Assembly: GCF_001194135.2 (NCBI RefSeq)
Contig: NC_069002.1
Coordinates: 34,325,406 to 34,389,405, forward strand
Direction: 5' to 3'
DNA: 64,000 nt
DNA from: Octopus bimaculoides
Lineage: Eukaryota
Under the pieces are notes generated by a model that did no database searches, was not told where the DNA came from, and saw only the letters and a program-made list of their open reading frames with translations. This document shows positions 43,191 to 55,539 of this stretch, piece after piece. How positions within the stretch are numbered: the first letter of the stretch is position 1; each line of letters starts with the position of its first letter. A program made the translations under genes and the position numbers.

Positions 43191-46100
43191 TAACGTATGT
43201 GCGTACGTACGTACGTACGTACATTCGTTCATTCGCTCGTTCGTTCGTTCGTATGTACGTACGTAAGAGCGTCCGTTCGTCCGTGCATACTTGTATACGT
43301 TCGTCCTTTCGTTCGTTCCTTCCTTCGATCGTTCGAACGTTCGTACATACTTACGTACATACGTTCGTTTGTTCATTCGTTCATATGAACGTACGCACAA
43401 ACATACGTTCGTTTGTTCTTTGGTTCGTTCATTTGCTCGTTCTTACGTACGTACGTTCGTTCGTACGTACGTATGTACGTACATAAGTATGTACGTACGT
43501 ACGTTCGTTCGTTCCATCGATAGATTTTTCGTTTACTCGTCTTTTCGTTAGTTCGTTCCTTCCTTCCTTCCTACGTACATACGGACGGTTGTTCTTTCGA
43601 TCACTCGTTCGACCTTTCGTTCGTTCGTACGTACGTACGTTCTTTCGTAATACGTATGTACATACGTTCGATCGTTTGTACGTACGAACGTACGTAACTT
43701 CTTTCGTTCAATCTTTCATTCTTTCGTTCGTTCCTACGTACGTACGTTCATTCCTTCGTCCGTCCGTTCCTTCGTTCGTACGTTCTTTCGTAATACGTAT
43801 GTACATACGTTCTTTCGTACGTTCTTTTGTACGAACGTTCGTTCGTTTGTTCGTTCATTTATTCATTCGTTCTTTCTTTTGTTTATATTTACAAACGACC
43901 GTACGTTCGTTCGGTCGTCCGTTCGTTCGTTCGTACATACATACATACGAGGTACATACGTTCGTACGTTCGTTCTGGCGTTCGTTCATTCGTTCGTACT
44001 TACGTCATTGTGCATTCGTACATACGTACGTACGTTTGTTCGTTAGTTAGTTCGTTCGTACGTACGCGCTTTCATTCGTTCTTTTGTTCGTTCAATCGTT
44101 CATTCTTTCTTTGGTTCGTACGTAATTACGTACGTACATAGGTACGTGCGTTCATAAGTTCGTTCGTTCATTCGGAAGTGCGTTCGTTCTTTCGTTCGTA
44201 CATACGAAAGTACGTATGTTCGTTCGTTCCTACGTACATACGTACGTTTGTTCGTTCGATCATTCGTTCATTCGTTCGTTCTTTCATTCGTACGTACATA
44301 CGTTCGTACGTTCATTCGATCGTTGGTTCGTTCGATCGTTCGTTCGTACGTACATACGTACTTCGTTCGTTCGTCCATACGTAGTTCGTTCGTTCGGAAG
44401 TACGTTCTCTCTTTCGTTCGATCATTCGTACGTACGTACGTACGTTCTCTCTTTCGTTCGATCATTCGTACGTACGTACGTACGTTCTTTCGGTTGTTCG
44501 TTCGGTGGTTCGTTCATTCGTTCCTACTTACGTACGTCCGTGCGTGCGTACGTACGTTCGTTTGTTCGTTCATTGTGCATTCGTACGTACGTACATTCGT
44601 TCGTTCGCTCGTTCATACGCACGTATCTACGCGCGTTCGTTCGTTCGTTGGTATGTACGTACGTACGTAACATCGTTCGTTCGTAAGTACATACTAACGT
44701 ACGTTCGTCCTTTCCTTCGATCGTTCGGTCGTTCGTTCGAATGAAGGTACGAACGTACGTACGTACGAATGCACAATGAACGAACAAACGAACGAACGAA
44801 TGCATGATTGAACGAACGAATGTACGTACATACGAACAAACGTACGTACTTTCGTACAAACGAACGTACGAACGAACGTATGAACGTACGTACGTACGTA
44901 CGTATTACGAAAGAACGTACGTACGAACGAACGAACGGACGAAGAAATGAACGTACGTATGTAGGAACGAACGAAAGAATGAACGATTGAACGAAAGAAG
45001 ATACGTACGTACGTACGAACGTACAAACGTACGTGCTTTCGTACGAACGAACGTTATGTACGTACGTATTACGAAAGAACGTACGAACGAACGAACGAAC
45101 GGTCGAACGAACAAAGGTACGTATGTACGTAGGAAGGAAGGAACGAACGAACTAACGAAAAAACGAGTGAACGAAAAATTTGTCGATGGAATGAACGAAC
45201 GTATGTACGTACATACTTATGTACGTACGTACGAACGACCGACCGAACGAACGTACGTACGTACGTAAGAACGAGCGAATGAACGAACGTACGTTTGTGC
45301 GTACGTTCATATGTGCTGATGAACGAACGAACGAACGTATGCACGTACATATGTACGAACGACCGAACGATCGAAGGAAGGAACGAACGAAAGGACGAAC
45401 GTACGCACGTATACACGTACGAACGAACGATCTTACGTCCGTACGCACTTATGAACGAACGAGCGAATGGACTAGCGAACGAACGAACGTCCGTCCGTAG
45501 ATAAATGCGTATGAACGGATGATCGAGCGAACGAATGTACGTACATACGAATGAACATACGAACGTACATACGTACGTACGAACGAACGAACTAACTAAA
45601 GACGAGAGAACGAAAGAACCTACGTACGTGCAAACGAACGAACGTATATACGTACGTACTTACGAGCGAAGGAACTCACGAACGAACGAACTGACGAAAG
45701 AAAAAACGTACTTACGTACGTACTTACGAAAGAACGAATGAACTAACGCACGTATATACGTACGTATGTACGAATGAACGAACGAACGGTCGAACGAACG
45801 AACGTAGGAACGTACGTTCGTACATATGAACGAACGAACTAACGAACGACATATGTACGTACGTACGATGGACGAGAGAACGAAAGAACCTACGTACGTG
45901 CAAACGAACGAACGTATATACGTACGTACTTACGAGCGAAGGAACTCACGAACGAACGTACGTATGTACAAAGGAACGAACGAACGTGCCTATGTACGTA
46001 AGTAAGTAGCTACGAACAAAAGAACGATGGTACGAACATATCTTCGTACGAACGAAAGAAAGAACGAACGAATGAACGAACAAAAGAACGAACGAATGAA

Positions 46101-49100
46101 AGTGCGTACGTACGAACGTACAAACGAACGTACGTACGTACGAATGCACAATGAACGAAGAAACGAACGTACGTACGTGCGCACGCACGTACGTAAGTAG
46201 GAACGAATGAACGAACCAACGAAAGAACAACCGAACGAAAGAACGAACGAAAGAAAGAAAGTATTTCCGACCGAACAAACGTACGTATTTACGAACGAAC
46301 GAACGTACTATGTACGAACGAACGTACGTACGTACGTAAGTACGTACGAACGAACGTATGTACGTACGAACGAACGTATGTACGTACGAACGAACGTATG
46401 TACGTACGAATGAAAGAATGAACGAATGATTGAACGAAAAAAAGAACGAACGAACGAACGATTGAACGAAGGAACGTACATACGGACGTACGAACATACG
46501 ACCGAACGAACGAATATACGTACGTATGTACGTGTTTAGGTACCTAAGTACGTACACGCGAATGAACATACGGATGTAAGTACAAACGAACGAACGAACG
46601 AACTAACTAAAGAATGAACCAACGAAAGAACTAACGAAAGAACGGACGAAAGAAACATATGTACTTACGTCCGTACTGACGAACGAACGAACGTATGTAC
46701 GATCGAACGAACGAACGGACGAACGTACGTTCGTTCGTTCGTAAGTACGGACGTAAGTACATATGTTTCTTTCGTCCGTTCTTTCGTTAGTTCTTTCGTT
46801 GGTTCATTCTTTAGTTAGTTCGTTCGTTCGTTTGTAATTACGTTTATGTGTTCATTCGTATTTACGTACTTAGGTACTTAATCACGTACATATGAAAGTA
46901 CGTTCGGTCGATTGTTCGTTCATTCGTTCCTACGTACATACGTACGTTTGTTCGTTCGATCATTCGTTCGTTTGATCGTACGTACGTTCTTTCGTAATAC
47001 GTACGTACATACGATCGTTCGTACGTTCGTTCGTACATACGTAAGTACGTACGTAATTACATATGTTTCTTTCGTCCGTTCGTTCGTTGGTTCATTATTT
47101 ATGTACTTAGGTACTTATTCACGTACGTACGTAAGAACGAACAATCGTACGTACATTCGTACAAATGAACGTAAGAACGAACATACGTACGGACGTATGT
47201 ACATACGTATTACGAAAGAACGTACGTACGAACGAACGAACGGACGGACGAAGGAATGAACGGACGAATGAACGTATGCACGAACGAATGATTGAACGAA
47301 CAAACGTACGTACGTACGAACGTACGAAGGAACAACCAACGATCAAACTAACGAAGGAACGAAGTACGTACGTACGTACGTACGTATGTACGTGAATAGG
47401 AACCTAAGTTAGTACATACGAATGAACATACGAACGTACATACGTACGTAAGTACAAACGAACGAACTAACTAAAGAATGAACCAACGAAAGAACTAACG
47501 AACGAACGGACGAAAGAAACATATGTACTTACGTACGTACTTACGAACGAACGTACCAACGAACGTTCGAACGAACGTATGTACGTACGTTTTACGAAAG
47601 AACGTACGTACGTACGATCGAGCGAGCGAACGAATGATCGAACGAACAAACGTACGTATGTACGTAGGAACGAATGAACGAAAAACGAACGAACGAACTT
47701 TCTTATGAACTTTCGTATGTACGAACGAAAGAACGAACTTACGTATGAATGAACGAAAGAACGAAAGAAAGATCGTACTTCCGAATGAACGAACGAACGC
47801 ACGTACCTATGTACGTACGTAATTACGTAGAGCGAAAGGAAGAACGAACGATTGAACGAACAAAAGAACGAATGAATAGGCGTACGTACGAACTAACGAA
47901 CAAACGTACTTACGTACGTACGAATGCACAATGAACGAAAGAATGTACGCACGTACGTAAGTACGAACGAATGAACGAACGAACGAATGTACGTACGAAC
48001 GAACGAATGCACGATTGAACGAACGAACGAACGTACGAACGTACTATGTACGTACGTATTACGAAAGAACGTACGTACGAACGAACGGACGAAGGAATGA
48101 ACGCACGTATGTAGGAACGAACGAAAGAATGAACGATTGAACGAAGGAAGATACGTACGTACGAACGTACAAACGTACGTGCTTGCGTACGAACGAACGT
48201 ATGTACGTACGTATTGCGAAAGAACGTATGTTTGTAGGAAGGAAGTTACGTATGTTTGTAGGAAGGAAGTTACGTATGTTTGTAGGAAGGAAGGAAGGAA
48301 CGAACTAACGAAAGAACGAGTAAACGAAAAATCTATCGATGGAACGTATGTATGTACGTACATACGTATGTACGTACATACGTATGTACGTACGTACGTA
48401 CGAACGACCGTACGTACGTACGTGCGTGCGTAAGAACGAGCGAATGAAAGAACCAAAGAACAAACGAACGTACGTTTGTGCGTACGTTCATATGTACTGA
48501 TGAACGAACGAACGAATGTATGTACGTACGTATGTACGAACGATCGAAGGAAGGAACGAACGAAAGGACGAACGTACGCAAGTATACACGTGCGAACGAA
48601 CGATCTTACGTCCGTACGCAAGTATACACGTAAGAACGAACGATCTTACGTCCGAACGCACATACGAACGAACGAGCGAATGCACTAGCGAACGAACGAA
48701 CTTCCGTACGTACTTACGAACGAACGAATGAACTAACGCACGTATATACGTACGTAAGTACGAATGAACGAACGAACGGTCGAACAAACGAACGGTCGAA
48801 AAAACGAACGTAGGAACGTACATTCGTACGTATGAACGAACGAACTAACGAACGACATATTTACGTTCTTTCGCACTTTCGTACTTTCGTACTTTGGTAC
48901 GTACGAACGGAAGATCGAACGTTCGAACGTACGTACGATCGGACAAACGAACGAAAGAACGAACGAGTGAAACAACGAATGCACGTACGTACTTACGAGC
49001 GAAAGAACTTACGTACGAACGTACGTATGTACAAATGAAGGAACGAACGAACGTACGGACGTACGAATGAACGAACAAACGAAAGAAAGAACGTACTTCC

Positions 49101-52100
49101 GAACGAACTTACGAACGAACGTACGTACGTACGAACGAAAGATCGCACGAACCAACGATCGAACGAACGTACGAATGAAAGAAGGAACGAATGATTGAAC
49201 GAAACAAGAACGAACGAACGTACGAATGAATGAACGATTGAACAAACGAACGAACGTACGTACGTACGTACGTACGAACATACGACCGAAAGAACGAACG
49301 AATGAACTAGCGAACGAACGAACGTAAGCACGTAGATAAGTGCGTATGAAAGAACGAGCGAACGAACGAATGTACGTACGTGAATAGGTACCTAAGTACG
49401 TACATACGAATGAACATACGAACGTAAGTACAAACGAATGAACGAACGAACTAACTAAAGAATGAACCAACGAAAGAACTAACCAAAGAACGGATGAAAG
49501 AAACATATGTACTTACGTCCGTACTTACGAACGAACGAACGAACGAACGTATGTACGTACGTATTACGAAAGAACGTACGTACGCACGAACGAACGAATG
49601 ATCGAACGAACAAACGTACGTTCGTTCGTTCGTACATACGGACGTAAGTACATTCGTTCGTTCGTTCGTTCGTTCTATTATACGCACTTATCTACGTGCG
49701 TACGTTCGTTCGTTCGCTAGTTCATTCGTTCGTTCGTTCGTTTTTTCGATCGTTCGTTCGTATGTTCGTACGTACGTACGTTCGTTCGTTCAATCGTCCA
49801 TTCATTCGTTCGTACGTACATACGTACGTACGTTCGTTCGTTCGTTCGTTCATTCGGTCATTCGTACGTACGTTCGTTCTTTCGTTCGTTCATTGTGCAT
49901 TCGTAAGTACGTAAGTATGTTTGTTCGTACGTACGCATATTCATTCGTTCTTTTGTTCGTTCAATCGTTCGTTCTTTCTTTCGTTCGTACATACGAAAGT
50001 ACGTCCGGTCGTTCGTTCGTTCGTTTGTTCCTACGTACATACGTACGTTTGTTCGTTCGATCATTCGTTCGTATATGCATTCGTATGTACGTACTTAGGT
50101 ACCTATTCACCTACATACGTACGTACGTACATTCGTTCGTTAGCTCGTTCTTTCACACGCACTTAGCTACGTGCGTACGTTCGTTCGTTCGCTAGTTCAT
50201 TCGTTCGTTTGTTCGTTCGTATGTACGTACGTACGTAACATCGTTCGTTCGTACGCACATACTAACGTACGTTCGTCCTTTCGTTCGTTCCTTCGATCGT
50301 TCGGTCGTTCGTTCGTATGTTCGTACGTACTTACGTTCGTTCGTTCAATCGTTCATTCATTCGTTCGTTCGTTCGTTCTTTTGTTCGTTCATTCATTCGT
50401 TCTTTCTTTCGTTCGTACGTACATACGTTTGTACGATCGTTCGATTGTTCGTACGTAATTACTTTCGTACTTACGTACGTACATACCTACGTTCGTTTTT
50501 TCGTTCGTACGTTCGTTCATTGTGCATTCGTACGTACGTACGTTCGTTTGTACGTACGGGCGCACTTTCATTCGTTCGTTCTATCGTTCGTTCATACGAA
50601 GGTACGTTCGTACGTTCGTTCGATCGTTGGGTCGTTCTTTCGTTCGTACCTACTTACTTACGTACATAGGTACGTTCGTTCGTTCCTTTGTACATACGTA
50701 CGTTCGTTCATAAGTTGTTCGTTCGTAAGTATGTACCTTCGTTGTTTCACTCGTTCGTTCGTTGGATCGTTCGAACGTTCGTTCTTTCGTACGAAAGTAC
50801 GTTCGGTCCTTCGTTCGATAAATCATTCGCACATACGTAGGTACGTACGTATATACGTTCGTTGGTTAGTTCTCTCGTCCATCGTACGTACGTACATACG
50901 TCGTTCGTTAGCTTGTTCGGTCGTTCGTTCATACGTACGAATGTACGTTCCTACGTTCGTTCGTTCGATCGTCCGTTCGTTCGTTCGTAAGTAAGTACGT
51001 TTTTTCTTTCGTCCGTTCGTTCGTTAGATCTTTCGTTGGTTCATTCTTTAATTAGTTAGTTCGTTCGTTCGTTTGTACGTACGTACGTAAGTTCGTATGT
51101 TCATTCGTATGTACGTACTTAGGTACCTATTCACGTACATACGTTCGTACGTACTTTCGTTCTCTCGCTCGCTCGTTCATACGCACTTATCTACGTACGG
51201 ACGTTCGTTCGTTCGATAGTTCATTCGTTCGTTCGGTCGTATGTGCGTACGTACGTAAGATCGTTCATTCGTACGTGCATACTTGCGTACGTTCGTCCTT
51301 TCGTTCGTTCCTTCCTTCGATCGTTCGGTCGTTCGTTCGTACGTACGTACATACGTTCGTCCGTTCGATGTTTCGTTTGTACGTTCGTTAGTTCGGACAT
51401 TCGTATGTACTTACGTTCGTTCGTTTGTACGTACGTACGTATGTACGTTCGCTTGTTGATTCGTACGTACGTACTTAGGTACCTATTTACGAACGTACGT
51501 ACGTACGTTCGTTCGTTCGTTCGCTAGTTCATTCGTTCGTTCCTTCGTATGTACGTACGTACGTAAGATCGTTCGTTCGTACGTACATACTTTCGTACGT
51601 TCGTCCTTTCGTTCGTTCCTTCGATCGCTCGGTCGTGCGTTCGTACTCTCGCACGTACATACGTTCGTTCGTTCGATTTTTGTTTGTTCGGGCGCACATT
51701 CGTACGTACTTACGTTCGTTCGTTCGTTAATTTTTCGTTCGTTCGATCCTACGCAGGAACGTACGTTCCTACGTTCGTTCGTTCATTCGTACACACATAC
51801 ATATGTACGTACGTTCGTTCGTTAGTTGGTTCATTCTCTAGCTAGTTAGTTCGTTCGATCGTTCGTTTGTACGTACGTGTATATGTACGTTCGTTTGTTC
51901 ATTCGTACGTACGTACATAGGTACCTATTTACATACGTACGTACGTACGTACAATCGTTCGTTCATTCATACGCACTTATCTACGTACGTACGTGCGTTC
52001 GATTGCTAGTTCATTCGTTCGTTCGTTCTTATGAATGTACGTACGTAAGCTTTCGTTCGTTTATTCATTTGTCCGTACCTACGTACGTACATACGTTCGT

Positions 52101-52177
52101 TTGTTCGTTCGTTCGTTCGTTGGGTATTTGAGTATATTTAAGAATTTAAGGATTGGAGAAAACGCATGTTATAATTG

Positions 52178-52276
52178 CATACTTTATTCCTACATATGTT
52201 TCAAAGGATTACAACCTGTGTGATCCATAACGATCTTTGATATTAAAATTGTAACCTTCTCATCAGGGAAAGCATG
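52178..52276 (-). ncRNA. Type I hammerhead ribozyme motif, intact core
   Basis: Minus strand CATGCTTTCC-CTGATGA-GAAGGTTACAA...TTGTAATCCTTT-GAA-ACATATGT-A-GGAA(TAA)AGTATG. Stem I fully paired around a 3-nt bulge, stem II paired with one bulge, palindromic stem III, GUA site (predicted cut between 52191 and 52190). Confidence 0.75.
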
Positions 52277-52324
52277 GGAATCATCTTAAAGGTAAGACAT
52301 AATGTCTTACTTTAAGATGATTTC

Positions 52325-52423
52325 CATGATTTCCCTGATGAGAAGGTTACAATTTTAATATCAAAGATCCCTATGGATCACACAGGTTGTAATCCTTTGA
52401 AACATATGTAGGAATAAAGTATG
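52325..52423 (+). ncRNA. Type I hammerhead ribozyme motif, intact core, one distal stem I mismatch
   Basis: CTGATGA 52335-52341; stem II 52342-52352/52387-52398; GAA 52399-52401; ACATATGT 52402-52409; H17=A52410; stem I 52325-52334/52411-52423. Confidence 0.72.
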
Positions 52424-53146
52424 CAATTATAACATGCGNNNNNNNNNNNNNNNNNNNNNNNNNNNNNNNNNNNNNNNNNNNNNNNNNNNNNNNNNNNNNN
52501 NNNNNNNNNNNNNNNNNNNNNNNNNNNNNNNNNNNNNNNNNNNNNNNNNNNNNNNNNNNNNNNNNNATATATATTTATTTATATATATATTTATATATAT
52601 ATATATTTATTTATATATATATCAATTATACTTAAACAGGGAAGTTATTGACAATGATCTCGAAGTTTCGGTCAGGTAGGCTGTCGTCAGATGGCTGAAT
52701 AATTTAAGTAAGCATAGCGTTATTCACAGGCTAATAGAGAATCCTTTTTATTATAACTAAAGATAAGGGGAAACACACACGCACACACACAGTCAGTCAT
52801 ACACACATACATACACGCATAAATATACATATATGTATGTTGGTTTGAGTGTGTGTTTGTGGTTGGTTATGTGTGTGTGCATCTATGAGTAATTAGAATA
52901 AATACAAGTTTATATCATTCGTTCTTTTTTAACTTTCCACATTATGGTTTCTTCAATATTTGCATCGGATATTCCAAGCGCAATTCGATCTTTAAACATC
53001 TGGGATTATATCAACCTCTGTCGTGGTAGGTGTATAATTATACAGGAAAGTGCACTTGATAATGATAATCCAAATGGACCTATAAAATCAACATTAGCGG
53101 TCATACATCTGATTGTACACAACATATACAATGCAATATCCCTGTC

Positions 53147-53149
<3 letters not shown>

Positions 53150-53205
<56 letters not shown>

Positions 53206-53321
53206 ATACCTTTAATTTGTTTCATATGTATATATATTTATGCATATATACATACATATATAAACATATATACATACATGTACATATGTATACACATATA
53301 CATGCATATATAAACATACAT

Positions 53322-53353
<32 letters not shown>

Positions 53354-53669
53354 CTGCATATACATAGATATACATATACGTATATATACACATATACCTA
53401 TATATANNNNNNNNNNTATATACACATATACCTATATATATATATATATATATGTGGAGCGAACACGTTACAATGAAGTAGAGAAATTTGAAAAGACAAC
53501 ACGAAACCGGTTATTCCTCAAAGTACAATGTTTATATACCAAACAGATTTTATGACATTTTTCTGGCATAATTTAAATATATACTTTAACCATGTAACAC
53601 AAGCCTTCTGTAGTTTTTTCACTCTTATTATCTTTTATACATCCAACCATGTGCTTTCACATACCAACC

Positions 53670-53719
<50 letters not shown>

Positions 53720-53801
53720 ATTATTAAAGTGATGGAGTCGGTATTAATACCAAAAGGTAAAACTTATCACCACTTAAAAGAGGATGTTGCTGCTTTATAT
53801 A

Positions 53802-53859
<58 letters not shown>

Positions 53860-53860
53860 A
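53150..53860. repeat. Cluster of (TG)n, (TA)n and (CA)n microsatellites
   Basis: Directly visible; N gap at 53407-53416. Confidence 0.9.
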
Positions 53861-54885
53861 GAAAGATTGAAAAAGATAGTAAAGATAGAGAGTGGAAGAG
53901 AGAACGAAATAAGGTATGACGAAGCCGTTCGTATGTGTGCTTTTCCTGTCGCCTCGTGAGATTATTGCACAAAGTTAACAATTGAAAGTATAGAAGATGT
54001 GAATTGTCCACACGAAGATACACTCATAGACTCACACGTGGACAGTCATGCACACACACATATTTACACAGGCATACATGCACACATATACACGATTAAA
54101 TCCCCATAGATGCGTTAGCATTTAATTGCTTTTATTATGATTTCTTACAGAGAATAATTGCCCCCAATAAACTAGATTTCCTGCTGAAATCAATCAATAA
54201 ATATATAAAACCACAGAAACAATTAACTAATTCCATAAAAATTTGGAACAAACGTCTAAATAAGTTTTAAAATATCAAAATTGGTCGTCAAATACAGAAG
54301 ATAAAATGATGGTAAAATTTTAATGCATAATTATATATTTTCTTAATACACATTGTTTCTGAGTTAACCTATGATGCCCCATAATCGCTTCATTCATAGG
54401 TTTTAGTGTCTTTCAGACACCTGCAATTTTTTCTGTAGTTTATCAAAACGCATGAAGAACGTGATTAAAGGGTATAAAATCTGTCATTAGGAGAGTAAAA
54501 GATGATTAATGATAAGGTTTTCGAACCCTTATACGACCATGCATTTTCTATGAATGTCTAGCTATATATAACTGATAACAATGCAATGATACATGTAAAT
54601 CTTGTTGAATATCAAGAATGGGTCTGATGAGGCAACAGCGATCGAATTCAATTCATAAATGTCCCGATAACCGTACTGAGAAGCACTCAGCTTAATGATA
54701 TCTCAAGGACCTATTTACATGTATAATATCATTTTGGATTTTTAAATAAATATTATTTTTCACATTACAACTCTCGGTTCCAATGACGTTCTGTGCAGTA
54801 TATATATATATATATATGCGTGTGTGTGTATGTGTGTGTGTGAGTAATTTAAACACACAGCACATGGCAAATAATTTATTCTCAG

Positions 54886-55078
54886 GGTTATCGAAGACTT
54901 GAAGTTGACAACCATTTCCACATGAGATGCAATTTTTTCTTGGACTACGGCCGTTACATGGCATCTAAGTTTGAAGTTTATAAATTTGCAATCCAAAAGA
55001 TTGATATGCCAAATGTCTGTGAAACATATCATGCATATCATCAGCACCAGCCCATAAATGCCGTCAGGATTCTACCTG
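54886..55078 (+). CDS. Candidate internal coding exon of an unidentified gene
   Basis: TTATTCTCAG acceptor, 193-nt open frame GYRRLEVDNHFHMRCNFFLDYGRYMASKFEVYKFAIQKIDMPNVCETYHAYHQHQPINAVRILP, G|GTAAC donor. No homology recognised. Confidence 0.3.
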
Positions 55079-55352
55079 GTAACGTGATATTAGAGAGTCA
55101 CTAAAAAAAAACAAGCACAAAAAGCTATAAGATATATAAATTATCCTGTGATCACAACAGAGAAACTCCAGCAACTGAAACACACATATATCGACACAGG
55201 GAATATTGCTGGAACATCCTCAGTAAAGCATCTACCGAGTTCAAGCTTACCTGGTCGGATATATTTGCTTAGTATTAGCAAACACATGTATGTGCCATCA
55301 TATAAGTCAGCTGTCCTGCCGAAGTAAATGTCCCTAGGAAAATCAGAGAGAT

Positions 55353-55442
55353 AGAGAGAGAGATGGATATGGAGAGACAGAAAGTGAGAGAGGGAGAGAG
55401 AGATGGATATGGAGAGACAGAAAGTGAGAGAGGGAGAGAGAG
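55353..55442 (+). repeat. Two copies of a 40-bp GA-rich unit
   Basis: AGATGGATATGGAGAGACAGAAAGTGAGAGAGGGAGAGAG at 55361 and again from 55401. Confidence 0.9.
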
Positions 55443-55539
55443 GGGGATGACGTTGAAGAATTACTTCGAACATTTTAGATTCTATATAAAAGATTATGAA
55501 GTCATTTAATGTAAAATACCCCTCAGTTAAAAATAACCA

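Larger units (their letters stand above)
14886..52120. repeat. ~37-kb CpG-rich complex satellite of TTCG/TACG tetramers with higher-order modules and alternating orientation
   Basis: Continuous 4-nt periodicity. Recurring modules such as GGTTCATTCTTTAGTTAGTT, CGCACTTATCTACGTGCG, CTTAGGTACCTATTCACG and CATTGTGCATTCG occur on both strands. Internal N gaps at 18177, 21759, 24273, 26101 and 39636. Confidence 0.95.
52163..52438. mobile_element. Imperfect palindrome, probably two inverted Penelope pLTR or retrozyme copies; right arm cut by N gap
   Basis: Arms 52163-52300 and 52302-52438 around a 1-nt centre (52301), differing by 4 substitutions and 1 indel. The left arm continues unpaired to about 52121 because its partner would lie in the gap 52439-52566. 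Confidence 0.75.

Noticed and set aside
21850-48510. CTGATGA and GAAACATATGTA words inside the satellite, identical to hammerhead core parts
   Set aside because: They lie in different modules with no stem II joining them and no stem I; both are reachable as tetramer variants. Probably coincidence.
14886-52120. CRISPR-like array
   Set aside because: No constant repeat with unique spacers, eukaryotic context and no cas genes.
14846-52223. Hundreds of RSFV/RTYV/ERTN ORFs, up to 544 aa
   Set aside because: Translations of stop-poor TTCG/TACG repeats in all frames, some extended through N runs.
52940-53015. Minus-strand peptide QMFKDRIALGISDA resembling Gypsy gag MIRDRIVxGIxD
   Set aside because: Too short, with no other LTR-element motif nearby.
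54620-54655. CTGATGAGGCAACAGC hammerhead-like start
   Set aside because: Not followed by GAAA and no stems I or III.
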